From the NCBI GenBank assembly GCA_963749495.1, contig CAVVMW010000023.1:416001-480000 (forward strand): a DNA stretch of 64,000 nt. The letters are read 5' to 3'. Below the pieces are notes generated by a model. It saw only the letters and a program-made list of their open reading frames with translations. It made no database searches and was not told the origin of the DNA. Both the position numbers and the translations under genes were made by a program. This document shows positions 1 to 9,407 of the stretch, piece after piece (the stretch's first letter is position 1; every line of letters begins with the position of its first letter). The stretch comes from an uncultured bacterium (GTDB taxonomy: Bacteria > Verrucomicrobiota > Verrucomicrobiia > Limisphaerales > UBA8199).

Positions 1-947
1 GTGGACGTGGACGACGTGGTCGTGGATGACTGCGGGGAGTTGCTATGGCGGCTGCGGGCGCTCTTCGCCCTGAAGAATTTCCTGGGCACGCGCATCGTCG
101 CCCTGGGCGGGCCCTGGGGCAAATACGCGGCGGATGCCCCGCAGAAGGCCAGGGAACGCTTTCAACTGGAGATCGTCGACGTCAGTTACGAGACCTTCGA
201 GCCGCGCCTGCGCCGGCCCGGGCGGACCACGCCCTGGTGTCCGCCGCCGAGAAAGCGACGGCGCACTACCTCGCCCTGCCCAGGACGAGGCTGGTGGCGG
301 AGCGGCAGGCCGTGGTCAATGCCTTCGTCCTCTACCAGGCCATCAGGGACCTCATGGCCGAGCACGACGCCACCGCCTTCACGGTGAAGAGTTGCATGAA
401 CACGATCATCCCGATGTCCGAGACGACCGCCTGCCTGCCGCTGGAGTTGCTCAATGACGAGGGCCTGATCGCCCTCTGCGAATCGGATTTTGTGATCATC
501 CCGGCCGCGCTGCTCTTGCGCCACATCGCCGGCAAGCCGATCTTCCTGCACAACTCGACCTTCCCGCACGGGGGCATGGTGACCTGCGCCCATTGCACCT
601 GCCCGCGGCGGATGGATGCCCGGCACTACGCCCCGGTGGAGATCCTCACCCATTTTGAGTCCGACTACGGCGCCGCGCCGAAGGTGATCATGCCCATCGG
701 GCAGCAGGTCACGTTCATCGATCCGGAGTACAGCGCCCCGCGCTGGGCGGGCTTCAGAGGAGTCGTCAAAGCCAACCCCTTTTACCAGATCTGCCGTTCG
801 CAGCAGGACGTTGAGATCCGGGGCGACTGGCGCAAGCTCCGCAACGAGGCGCGCGATTCCCATTGGGTGATGGCCTATGGGGATTACCTGCGCGAAATCG
901 GGTTTGCGTCGCGCAAACTGGGCCTCCAGTGGGCCGACTTCTCGTGA
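1..947 (+). CDS. L-fucose/L-arabinose isomerase-like sugar isomerase (5' partial; single-base frameshift near 215)
   Basis: Frame of ORF 1..387 up to FEPRLRR joins ORF 45..947 (ARADHAL..., CLPLELLNDEG..CESD, AHCT motifs of the FucI/AraA-like family). Confidence 0.65.
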
Positions 948-978
948 GGCGGCATTGGCACACTCACGCGGTTCTTGG

Positions 979-1048
979 ACCTTTGTCGGGGCCTTTGTCG
1001 CGGCCTTTGTCGAATGCGCCATTTCTCGACAAAGGTTGCGACAAAGGT
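979..1048. repeat. Intergenic palindromic repeat: three CCTTTGTCG units facing two CGACAAAGG units
   Basis: Read directly between two convergent genes; could act as a bidirectional terminator. Confidence 0.7.
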
Positions 1049-1072
1049 CGTGCCAAAGTTACGTGGTTCGAT

Positions 1073-1492
1073 TCAGATCTCCCCCATGACAGTAATCGCC
1101 ACCGTGCGCCGGCGCGGCTTGATGTCGCAATCAATGTGAAAGACCTGCTGCCAGGTGCCCAGCACCAGCTTGCCCTCCGCGATGGGCACGGTCAGGGAGG
1201 GGCCCAACAGGGTGGCCTGCAGGTGCGAGTGGCCGTTGCCGTCATGCCAGGCCTGCTCGTGGCCGTAGTCGCGGCTCGGCGGCATCAGCTTGTCCAGCAT
1301 CGCCGGCAAGTCCTGTTGCAGGCCGGGCTCGAACTCGATGGTGCCCAAGGCCCCCGTGCTGCCGACGTTGAAGATATGGACCACCCCGGCGCGCACGCGC
1401 GAGGCGCCCACGATTTGGGCGATTTCACCCGTGAGGTCGCGCATCTGCCCATGGCCCGCCGTCTGCACCTGAATTTCTCGCTGGTAGATCAT
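1073..1492 (-). CDS. yjbQ: YjbQ/UPF0047 family protein
   Basis: DGNGHSHLQATLLG and LGTWQQV motifs; start taken at MIYQREI. Confidence 0.85.
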   Translation of the reverse strand: MIYQREIQVQTAGHGQMRDLTGEIAQIVGASRVRAGVVHIFNVGSTGALGTIEFEPGLQQDLPAMLDKLMPPSRDYGHEQAWHDGNGHSHLQATLLGPSLTVPIAEGKLVLGTWQQVFHIDCDIKPRRRTVAITVMGEI

Positions 1493-1655
1493 GGCGTTCA
1501 TTAGCCAGAAAGGCGACGGGAGCGCAACCTCGATCTGGCTCAGTAGCCCGATGGGCTTGTGATCATTCAGCCTTCGTTTCCTTTGTTTGCTTCTGTGCAT
1601 TTTCTCGGGTTATCTTGGAGTTGCCGCCGGCGGGGGAACGGCACATTATCCCGGC

Positions 1656-2864
1656 ATGGCCTTTCGAATCCATGACAGCGTGGCGCGCGGTGAGATCGAT
1701 AATCGCGTCAAAGGAATCGTGCGCGGCAAGGTCTGGCTGGAGGGCCGCGCCGAGCCGCTCGCGCTCGAACTCCAGGGCAACGCCTGGCCCGACCTGGCGG
1801 GCTGCCTGCTGACGTTCACCAACCCGGGGAAACGCGTGGCGGACCCTGCGCTGGATTCACTCCAGGCCATCCAGCGCGGCAGCATCGGCGACCTGACCGC
1901 CTCGCGGAAGGTCCGCGTGTTCGACATGCCGTTGGAGGAGGCGCTGCCGATGCTGCGCCGCAAGGAGAATCCCCCGGAGCACGTCGCCAACTGCCTCTAC
2001 CTCGAATGGTTCAGCGAGGCCAACGGGCGGGTCGTCATCGAGAGCCGGATTATCGAGCTGACGATTTCCGCTCCGGAGTGGCGGATGACGCCGGCGGAAG
2101 ACCAGGAGCGGGCCAGACAAGCCGCCGCCGGGATGGGGACTTTCATGAAGCGGCTCACCGAGGCCATCGAACAGCACCAGCGCGGGCAGAAAGACCCCGA
2201 CGAAAAATGGGACGAGCACGATTACGAGAAGTTCTTCAAGGAGTGCGACGCGCGCACGGACAAGTACATGGAGCTGCTGGACAAATACGGCGACTCCGAG
2301 GAAGCCCAGGCCCGGATCGCCAAGGAGATGGGCTGGGACCGCGATGACGACGAGGACGAGCGCCACGAGGACGGCGAACGGATATCGGTCGAGGAGATCA
2401 ACGCGATCTGCGAGGCCGCCGCCAACGAACCGCCCCCCGAGCCGGACCCGCACCGCGAGGGCATCGACTGGATTCGCACCGAGAACGGGGACCTCTGCCA
2501 CCCGCTGCAGCATCGCTGCTTCGAAAGCGCGATCAAATTCATGCGCCAGGTCGAGGCGCTGGGCCTGGACCGATTCGCTGACAACGACCTGGAACAGTTC
2601 ATCTTCGAATTTCAAACCACGGGCGCGAAGCTGGCCGGGGCCTTGAACACACTCGTCGAAGGCGCGAACCACCGGGACGCCGCGTTCACCGTCGCGGCCC
2701 TGAAACGCGCCCTGGATCATCTGCACAAATCCCATGCCGGACTGGAGGCAGCGGCCCCGAAGAAGCTCCTGCCGGAGGCGCTGATCGCGGAGGCGCGGCA
2801 GGAGCTGTTCGCCATCCGCCAGGAGATCCTCCGCCTGATGGACGAGTTTCGCGGGCGCGCGTGA
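1656..2864 (+). CDS. Hypothetical protein (~400 aa, acidic, helical C-terminus)
   Basis: Long ORF with host-like codon usage; start MAFRIHDS. Confidence 0.75.
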   Translation: MAFRIHDSVARGEIDNRVKGIVRGKVWLEGRAEPLALELQGNAWPDLAGCLLTFTNPGKRVADPALDSLQAIQRGSIGDLTASRKVRVFDMPLEEALPMLRRKENPPEHVANCLYLEWFSEANGRVVIESRIIELTISAPEWRMTPAEDQERARQAAAGMGTFMKRLTEAIEQHQRGQKDPDEKWDEHDYEKFFKECDARTDKYMELLDKYGDSEEAQARIAKEMGWDRDDDEDERHEDGERISVEEINAICEAAANEPPPEPDPHREGIDWIRTENGDLCHPLQHRCFESAIKFMRQVEALGLDRFADNDLEQFIFEFQTTGAKLAGALNTLVEGANHRDAAFTVAALKRALDHLHKSHAGLEAAAPKKLLPEALIAEARQELFAIRQEILRLMDEFRGRA

Positions 2865-2985
2865 GCCGCGTCAGACAGAATTCTTCGTGGTCCTCAAGAT
2901 TGTGAAGATTTTTGTCCTGCGCCCGCGCGTGAGCCGGCGAGCGGGCTGCGTTTGACAACCATCCGGGTTGCGTTATGGTTTTCAC

Positions 2986-3243
2986 ATGGCGAGCATCACA
3001 TTGAAAGATTTGCCGGCCGACCTCCACGGCCAGCTTAAACTGGAGGCCGCGGCCAACTTCAGGAGTCTGGCGCAGGAAGTGGCCGCCCGGCTCCAGCGGA
3101 GTTTCGAGATCGACGCGGCGCTCAAGACGCGCAACGACCAACGGCTCATCGACGAGGCGATGGCGAGCGGGCCGGAAGAGCCTCTCACGCGGGGGAAGAT
3201 GGACCAAATCAGAAATCGGGTGCTGCCTCGGGAAGGGCCGTGA
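2986..3243 (+). CDS. Arc/FitA-like ribbon-helix-helix antitoxin
   Basis: MASITLKDLPADLHGQLK RHH pattern, ParD-like C-terminus (AMASGP), overlaps downstream toxin start. Confidence 0.75.
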   Translation: MASITLKDLPADLHGQLKLEAAANFRSLAQEVAARLQRSFEIDAALKTRNDQRLIDEAMASGPEEPLTRGKMDQIRNRVLPREGP

Positions 3244-3554
3244 TGCGCGCTCTCGTCCAACGCCCGCGATTTCTGCTGGACCTGGCGGAAGAATTGAACT
3301 GGCTCAATGAGCGGGCGGGGCCGGAGACTGCGCAGCGCTGGTATGAGGCCGTTTGCTCGGCTATCGAGCAACTCCGAAAAAGTCCCGGCATGGGCCGCCG
3401 CCGCCCTGATCTAAAGCCCAAAGGCATCCGCAGTTGGCGGGTGAAGGGGTTCGCCCGCTGGCTGCTGTTCTATCTGGAGCAGCCGGACGCGCTGGTGTTC
3501 CTCAGGGTGCGCCAGGGCACGATGAATCTGACGGTGCTGGACATGACCGGTTAG
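3240..3554 (+). CDS. ParE/RelE family toxin
   Basis: PGMGRRRPDL..GIRSWRV..WLLFY..VRQG pattern; GTGA overlap with antitoxin. Confidence 0.85.
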   Translation: MMRALVQRPRFLLDLAEELNWLNERAGPETAQRWYEAVCSAIEQLRKSPGMGRRRPDLKPKGIRSWRVKGFARWLLFYLEQPDALVFLRVRQGTMNLTVLDMTG

Positions 3555-3581
3555 GTTCGATTTTGGAGGCGCTGGACATAG

Positions 3582-5339
3582 GTGAGAGACTCCACTTACG
3601 ACAAATTCCCGTTCATCTCTGTGCCGGGCGGGGAAAGGGCCTGCGCGCAAGGGTGGGGAGCCATCGCGCAGAGGTTGAACGGCGCGGTTGGCCGGCGCGC
3701 CGCCGGCAAGACAGTGCTGGCAGTCGAGTGTTACGCGGGCGTTGACGAAGAGATGGTCCTGCGCGAGTTGCAGGCCCGGCTTGAGCCGGCGCTGGCCTTC
3801 CGGGCCCGAGAAGCCATGCTCCCGCCGGAGCAGATAGACGCCCTGGCGGCGCCCTTTCTTGGGGGCGACGACCCGGTGTTTGGCTTTCTCTGCGGGCTCA
3901 CGCTGCCGCAATTCTTCGGCGAGGAAGCGCTGCGGCATTGGCGGCAGACCGTGAGCCGGGTGGAAGCCGGGCTGGTCCTCATCGTCGGCTGCGGGGCCGT
4001 GCTGGTTCATGAGCCGGACATCCTGGTGTGTGCGGACCTGGCGCGATGGGAGGCGCAACTTCGCTTTCGCCGCAACCAGGGCGGCAATCTCGGCGTCGAA
4101 AACCGCGCGCTCGCGGCCAATCTGCAATACAAGCGGGGGTTTTTCGTGGATTGGCGCGTGTGCGATCGCTGGAAGCGCCCCCTCATCCCGAGGTGGGACT
4201 TCGTCCTGGACACCAACAATCCCGCCCAACCAAAGCTGGCCGAGGGCGAGGCGGTGCGGCGCGGCCTGCGCCACGCGGTGACGCGGCCGTTTCGCGTGGT
4301 CCCGTTTTTCGACCCCGCCCCCTGGGGCGGCCAGTGGATGAAAGAGGTCTGCGGCCTGGACCGGGCCGCCAAGAACTACGGCTGGTGCTTCGATTGCGTG
4401 CCGGAGGAAAACAGCCTGCTCCTCGGGTTCGGAGGCGCGCGCCTGGAAATCCCCGCGCTCGACCTCGTTTTCGGCCAACCGCGCGCGTTGCTTGGCGAGG
4501 CTGTGCGCGCCCGGTTCGGCGACGAGTTCCCGATCCGCTTTGATTTCCTGGACACCATGGGCGGCGGCAATCTCTCCTTGCAGGTCCACCCGCTCACCGA
4601 ATACATCCAGCGCCACTTCGGCGCGCGCTACACGCAGGACGAGAGCTATTACCTGCTGGACGCCGCGCCGGGCGCCGGGGTCTTTCTGGGCCTGCGCGAG
4701 GGCGCCGACCGGGCGGCCATGGTGCGGGACCTCTGGGCGGCCCAGGCGGGCGGTGCGCCCTTCCCGGCTGAGCATTACGTGAACCGCTGGCCCGCCAGCA
4801 AGCACGACCACTTTCTCATCCCGGCCGGCACGGTGCACTGCAGCGGGGCCGGCTCGATGGTGCTCGAGATCAGCGCCACCCCTTGCATCTTCACCTTCAA
4901 AATGTGGGATTGGGGACGAATGGGGCTCGACGGCCAACCGCGTCCCGTCCATCTCAGCCATGGCATTGCCAACATCCAGTGGGAGCGCAGGACCGAGTGG
5001 ACGCGGCGCAATCTCATCAACCGCTTCGAGCCTCTGGGCCGCGGCGGCGGCTGGCGCCAGGAGCGCACCGGCCTGCACGAGCGCGAGTTCATCGAGACGC
5101 GGCGCCATTGGTTCACAAAGGCCGTGCCGCACCACACGCGCGGCGGCCTCAATGTGCTCAACCTGGTCGAGGGCGGCGAGGCGATTGTCGAGAGCCCCGA
5201 CGGCGCCTTCGAGCCGTTCATCGTGCATTACGCCGAGACGTTCATCGTGCCCGCGGCGGTCGGGCCCTACACCATCCGCCCCCATGGCCCCGCCGTTGGG
5301 CGCGGGTGCGCCACGATCAAGGCGTTTGTGAGGGCCTGA
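3582..5339 (+). CDS. Class I mannose-6-phosphate isomerase-like cupin protein with N-terminal extension
   Basis: PWGGQW, NLSLQVHP, QDESYY, IPAGTVH motifs. Confidence 0.85.
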   Translation: MRDSTYDKFPFISVPGGERACAQGWGAIAQRLNGAVGRRAAGKTVLAVECYAGVDEEMVLRELQARLEPALAFRAREAMLPPEQIDALAAPFLGGDDPVFGFLCGLTLPQFFGEEALRHWRQTVSRVEAGLVLIVGCGAVLVHEPDILVCADLARWEAQLRFRRNQGGNLGVENRALAANLQYKRGFFVDWRVCDRWKRPLIPRWDFVLDTNNPAQPKLAEGEAVRRGLRHAVTRPFRVVPFFDPAPWGGQWMKEVCGLDRAAKNYGWCFDCVPEENSLLLGFGGARLEIPALDLVFGQPRALLGEAVRARFGDEFPIRFDFLDTMGGGNLSLQVHPLTEYIQRHFGARYTQDESYYLLDAAPGAGVFLGLREGADRAAMVRDLWAAQAGGAPFPAEHYVNRWPASKHDHFLIPAGTVHCSGAGSMVLEISATPCIFTFKMWDWGRMGLDGQPRPVHLSHGIANIQWERRTEWTRRNLINRFEPLGRGGGWRQERTGLHEREFIETRRHWFTKAVPHHTRGGLNVLNLVEGGEAIVESPDGAFEPFIVHYAETFIVPAAVGPYTIRPHGPAVGRGCATIKAFVRA

Positions 5340-5370
5340 ATCCAAACACACAGCACAGGGACACGCCAGT

Positions 5371-5440
5371 AGGAGCGCGGACGCCCCCGTCCGCGCGTTT
5401 CTCCTCGGTGGGACGCGCGGACGAGGGCGTCCGCGCTCCT
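5371..5440. repeat. REP-like inverted repeat
   Basis: AGGAGCGCGGACGCCCCCGTCCGCGCGT ... ACGCGCGGACGAGGGCGTCCGCGCTCCT. Confidence 0.8.
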
Positions 5441-5554
5441 GCCGGCGTCAGTATCGGCCCTGCGCCGCGCCGGCATCAATTCGCCCATCTAATTCCACGC
5501 TTGCACGCTGCTAATTTGACTTTTTCTCCCATTATGGTAATCTCATGATGCTGT

Positions 5555-5890
5555 ATGAGCGCGAGAAAAGCTGAAAGCACCGGTTCGTTGCCTGGGCACC
5601 ACCACGTCACGGTCGAAGCGCATGAGACCCGCTTGTCTCTCTCGCCCGACTCGGTCATCTTCCACAAGAACGGCATTGAGTTTCGCAGCGCCAGCCCTTT
5701 TTCGCCCTGGGCGGAAATGACGTTGACGCTGCAATCTCCCGGTGACGGGGGCCGCATCCACTGTTCGGGTGTGGTCATTGCCTGCACCGGCAACAAGCAC
5801 TCGGGTTACCACGTCTCGATGGTGCTGACCGGTCTCTCCCGCCAGGCCCAGGAACGCCTCAACACCATGGCGGTCCTCCAGGGCCCGTAG
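5555..5890 (+). CDS. Hypothetical protein, PilZ-like beta-barrel
   Basis: Compact ORF, beta-strand pattern (GIEFRS..EMTLTL..IHCSGVVI..YHVSMV). Confidence 0.6.
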   Translation: MSARKAESTGSLPGHHHVTVEAHETRLSLSPDSVIFHKNGIEFRSASPFSPWAEMTLTLQSPGDGGRIHCSGVVIACTGNKHSGYHVSMVLTGLSRQAQERLNTMAVLQGP

Positions 5891-5969
5891 CCCAGGCCCT
5901 CGGGTTGGGAGCCTGGCCGGTTCGCGCCGGGCGTGCCGGAACTGCTCCTGGCCGGGGATCACTGCGTCC

Positions 5970-7225
5970 ATGAACTGCTTCCGGATTAGACTGTGGCGTT
6001 CGCGGCAGGCATCGGAAAGGGCGCGATTGATGAGCGCCGAGCGCACATACGGCCTTGGAACTCGATCGGCAGGGCAGGCAGTCCTCGGCCCGCCGCCGCG
6101 TGCGGAGGACTGCCCGCCCGGCCTTCGCACCCAGGCGAAAGCCGGCTTGTGCCGGGCAGTGCTGGCCGCCTTGCTCCTGCATCCCATTTCGAGCCCCGGC
6201 GATCAAAGCGCGCTCGCCAGGCTCTATTGCCTGTCGCTCCAATTCCAGCACGCCTCGGACTCAACAACTGAGTATTCGCTCGATCTGCAGAACAGCGAGT
6301 TGTGGCCCTATGACCCGAGCAGTTACGCCGCCACGATCACCTTGAGCGACGACTGGCTCGGCGGCAGCTTTCCCGGATACATGAAGCTGCCCATTCCGCC
6401 GCCCGAGGATGCCGATGGCGATGGCTTTGACGACTTTTTCGAATCCACGCAGCCCGTGAACGCGGTGGCGACCTCGGCTCCTACAGTCTCGGCGGCCTCG
6501 GCTCGGGCGCCCTGAGCGCCACGTGGTCGCGTCCAGCCGGCTCCTCCTGGGGCACCTGCGTTTTGAAGTTCAACCTCGCCCAATTCTCCACGTCGCTGGA
6601 TTTCGTTGCTTCCTACCGGCTGCTGGAGTATCTAGGCCCCCTCAACTACGTCCCCGGGAGTCAGAGCGTAACGGGGCTGGTGGACGTAGCCCAAACCGAC
6701 TCGCCTGATATCTCGTTCGTGGGGCCGGTGGATTTTGTCAAAACGGCCACGAACCGCTTCAATGCGTTGATCCTTCAGCCCGGCGCCTGGACCAACACCT
6801 ACCAGGAAACCTGGACCTACACCAACTCCTTGTTCAGCCGCGACGCGAGGTGGCCGACGAATTACTTCGGCTGCGTTATCTTCTACGATGCCTCCAATCC
6901 AGGCGTCCCGCCCCCGTATAATGCGTGGGTGCTTTCGATCGACAACACCAACGATGTCAACCACAACGGCATTCCGGATTTCAGCGACGACCCGGCGAGC
7001 CCGCTGCCGCGCCAGCCCAGCCTGGTGCTGGCGCGCGGCGCAACGAATTTTTGGCTTACAGTGAGCGGCGATGTGGGGCACGTCCACCTGGTCCAGCAGA
7101 CACTCTCGCTGGCCCCCGCCAATTGGGCGACCGTCTGGGCGCAGTCTCTCACCAACGATCCGCAAACCGTCTGGCTCCCCATGCCCTCCGGCCCGAGCGC
7201 CTTCTGGCGCGTCGTGGCCCAGTAA
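5970..7225 (+). CDS. Secreted protein with DxDGDG motifs and C-terminal FWRV domain (frameshift near 6476; start uncertain)
   Basis: ORF 5970..6515 joins ORF 6563..7225 if one G is added at ACCTCGGCTC; DADGDG and DVNHNGIPD motifs. Confidence 0.65.
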
Positions 7226-7226
7226 G

Positions 7227-7428
7227 CCTGCGCCCCTCCCACTTCCTGGGGGCCTTGGCCGCCGTTGACCAGGAAGAGGACGGCCATGCGGACGGCCAGG
7301 CCGTTGGTGACCTGCTGCAGGATGAGCGAGCGGTTGCAGTCGGCGATGTCGCTGTCGATTTCGACGCCGCGGTTGACGGGGCCGGGGTGCATGATGAGGG
7401 CGTCGGGTTTGGTGCGAGCCAGCCGGGC
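7227..7428 (-). repeat. Duplicated 3' end of pyrB (direct repeat of 9407..9608)
   Basis: 202 bp direct repeat; the only mismatch seen changes the pyrB TAG stop to CAG. Confidence 0.95.
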
Positions 7429-7525
7429 TGAACGTCTCAACACCACGGCCGTCCTGCACCGAGCGTAGCCCGGCACTCCGTCCCGGCAACAGGATGCAAG
7501 GCGGTCAGCCCCTGAAGAGTGGCGG

Positions 7526-7903
7526 TTAGCCCAACTTCCAAACCAAGACGGAAGCGTCGCGGAGCTTATGTCTGATGGGCCTGGATTTTGGGCCTTGAAT
7601 CAGGGAATGTGCTGGATTCGAGGGCATGCCGCCTTGTGCGGGCAGCGGATCGTGGATCACTGTTTGTTCCAGGGCTCGGCAGAACCCGGCTTCAAGGGAT
7701 ACGACTGCCACCGTGTTTCCCGAGCGATCCTGTGCCGCTGTTTCGGCTGGGCTGGCGTACTTTTCCCAGTTTACCGACATTTGGTGATGCGAAAACGCCT
7801 GGGAGGAGACATCGCCGGAATCCGGGTGCAAAAAGAGGCGATGGACACGCCGAAACAGAAGCGCAGGATTTGGAATCAGCTCCGGCGCTAACTGATTGGC
7901 CAT
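7526..7903 (-). CDS. Putative ADP-ribosyltransferase/RES-like fold toxin
   Basis: LFRRV ... SQAF ... MSVNW ... HDP ... NPAHSLI motif order. Confidence 0.55.
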   Translation of the reverse strand: MANQLAPELIPNPALLFRRVHRLFLHPDSGDVSSQAFSHHQMSVNWEKYASPAETAAQDRSGNTVAVVSLEAGFCRALEQTVIHDPLPAQGGMPSNPAHSLIQGPKSRPIRHKLRDASVLVWKLG

Positions 7904-8550
7904 AGCAATTCCAGTCCGGCAAGCCAGCGAAATGCAGCAACGAGTTTGTCAATATCAAGCCGTCCTGTGTCGGCCTGGTGATAGACGCGCTCGCCATGAG
8001 GTGTTGTTTCGCTGCCTACAATTGACCAACCGTCCCCTGTGGCCTCGAACTCAAGGGCGCGTCTCTGTGCGTGCCACTCCAGTTGCGTGAAACCAGTAAT
8101 GGTTGGCACCACGAACGGCTCTTCAAACTCAGGCAGCGCAGCTTGAAGAACCAGGATTGTTCCTATGGTACTGGCCAGCGCGTCAGGCCTCGGCGGGATC
8201 GCGTTTTCGCCGTCCCATCCCGGCTCCAACGCCGCCAATTCCATGAGCCGGTGGCGCAAACGCCGCGAAATCCGAACCGGCCCAGAGATGCCCAGGGAGG
8301 GTAGCGCGTTCGTGAAGCCCACAGATGGGCGGAGAAGGCCCTCGCCGGGCCTGAGCGACTGCCAACGGGACCTCGCACCAGGCTCAGGCTCAGAGGGAGC
8401 GATTTGGGACCGTGGCCTCAGACGTGAGAGCTCCGAATAGACCATGGTTTCGCCTGAGTACGTTGGCCGCGAGCTGGGCCGAAAACTCGACAAATCGAAG
8501 GGGTCTTCTGCCAAACCATGCTGGGCAGCTATGGGTATTGCAGCGATCAT
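7888..8550 (-). CDS. Hypothetical protein with disordered N-terminus and GWDG-motif domain (putative antitoxin)
   Basis: LAALEPGWDGENAIPP ... PFVVPT..G..QLEW; overlaps the toxin-like ORF by 16 bp. Confidence 0.55.
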   Translation of the reverse strand: MIAAIPIAAQHGLAEDPFDLSSFRPSSRPTYSGETMVYSELSRLRPRSQIAPSEPEPGARSRWQSLRPGEGLLRPSVGFTNALPSLGISGPVRISRRLRHRLMELAALEPGWDGENAIPPRPDALASTIGTILVLQAALPEFEEPFVVPTITGFTQLEWHAQRRALEFEATGDGWSIVGSETTPHGERVYHQADTGRLDIDKLVAAFRWLAGLELLWPIS

Positions 8551-8557
8551 AAGCTCA

Positions 8558-9202
8558 TCAGGCCGGGAACTCCAGCCCCAATTGCAGTGTCAAGTGCCTG
8601 AAAATTCTCGTGGCCTCTGCAAATAGTTCCTTGTTGGGGGAGTGCGGGAACTGAACGGCCCAATCAAGAAAAACCGCCTCCTGGAACACCAGGGAACGGT
8701 CCACAAGGAACCTGCCTTCTCCAAATGAGCCGGCAGCGGGCGTGCTGAGAATGCAGCCGGTAATCTGAAGTCCCCGATCAGCCGGGCCAAGGCCCGCCAG
8801 GAAATTGTCGCGTTCGGCGGTAGAGGACAGCGAAGCGTGAACGGACGCCTCAAGCCTGTGTTCACGCATTCGTCTGTCGGAAAGCGTCTCGCCGATTCCC
8901 ACGAGACAGTCAGAGATCAGGTTTGCGTCGTTGCTGTCTTTGGCATTCTGAAACGAGGCGTAAACACCTTCCGCGGTGAGGCGGATCGTGCCGCTCCGGT
9001 TGAAAAGCGCAAAACTCAGGTCGTAGTCGAAGAGCCTGTCTCCTTCGCGCTGAACAATCTCCAAGGGGCGCAGTCCATAGCCTCCAAAGCGCAGGAGGAT
9101 CTTTTTTGCGAGAGCTGGCAGCGAAGCTTCCGCATACGGAACGACATCGGCAAACCAGCTAGTCATCGAGACCGAATACAATTTGGTCGTAGCCGCGCGC
9201 AT
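8558..9202 (-). CDS. Hypothetical alpha/beta protein, TIGR04255/SecB-like chaperone candidate
   Basis: 214 aa ORF, first gene of a tight three-gene operon; family assignment by pattern only. Confidence 0.45.
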   Translation of the reverse strand: MRAATTKLYSVSMTSWFADVVPYAEASLPALAKKILLRFGGYGLRPLEIVQREGDRLFDYDLSFALFNRSGTIRLTAEGVYASFQNAKDSNDANLISDCLVGIGETLSDRRMREHRLEASVHASLSSTAERDNFLAGLGPADRGLQITGCILSTPAAGSFGEGRFLVDRSLVFQEAVFLDWAVQFPHSPNKELFAEATRIFRHLTLQLGLEFPA

Positions 9203-9372
9203 CTGGCATATACATACTCGTCCAACCCGTTGAGTTCAATCGGATATTTCCCCGTATCCGGATTACGCCGGCAACCCGGAGGGTTGGCACCAGGGCGCTC
9301 ACGCAGTTGACCCGGCTGGCGCACTCTTTGGGCTCGGTGAACTCCCGTTCTTAAAGCGCGTCAAGGAGCGGC

Positions 9373-9407
9373 GTCATTCGTCATTCGTCATTCGTCATTG
9401 GTCATTC
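9373..9407. repeat. Heptamer tandem repeat (GTCATTC)x~5 right after the pyrB stop
   Basis: gtcattc gtcattc gtcattc gtcattg gtcattc. Confidence 0.85.

Noticed and set aside
3411..5351. Long antisense ORFs (also 9435..10451, 11169..12539, 25524..27158, 47211..48677, 61182..62846)
   Set aside because: Shadow frames of real genes, expected at high GC
6883..7476. 197 aa second pyrB-like gene
   Set aside because: Only the duplicated tail reading into the antisense strand of the neighbour; no catalytic N-terminus
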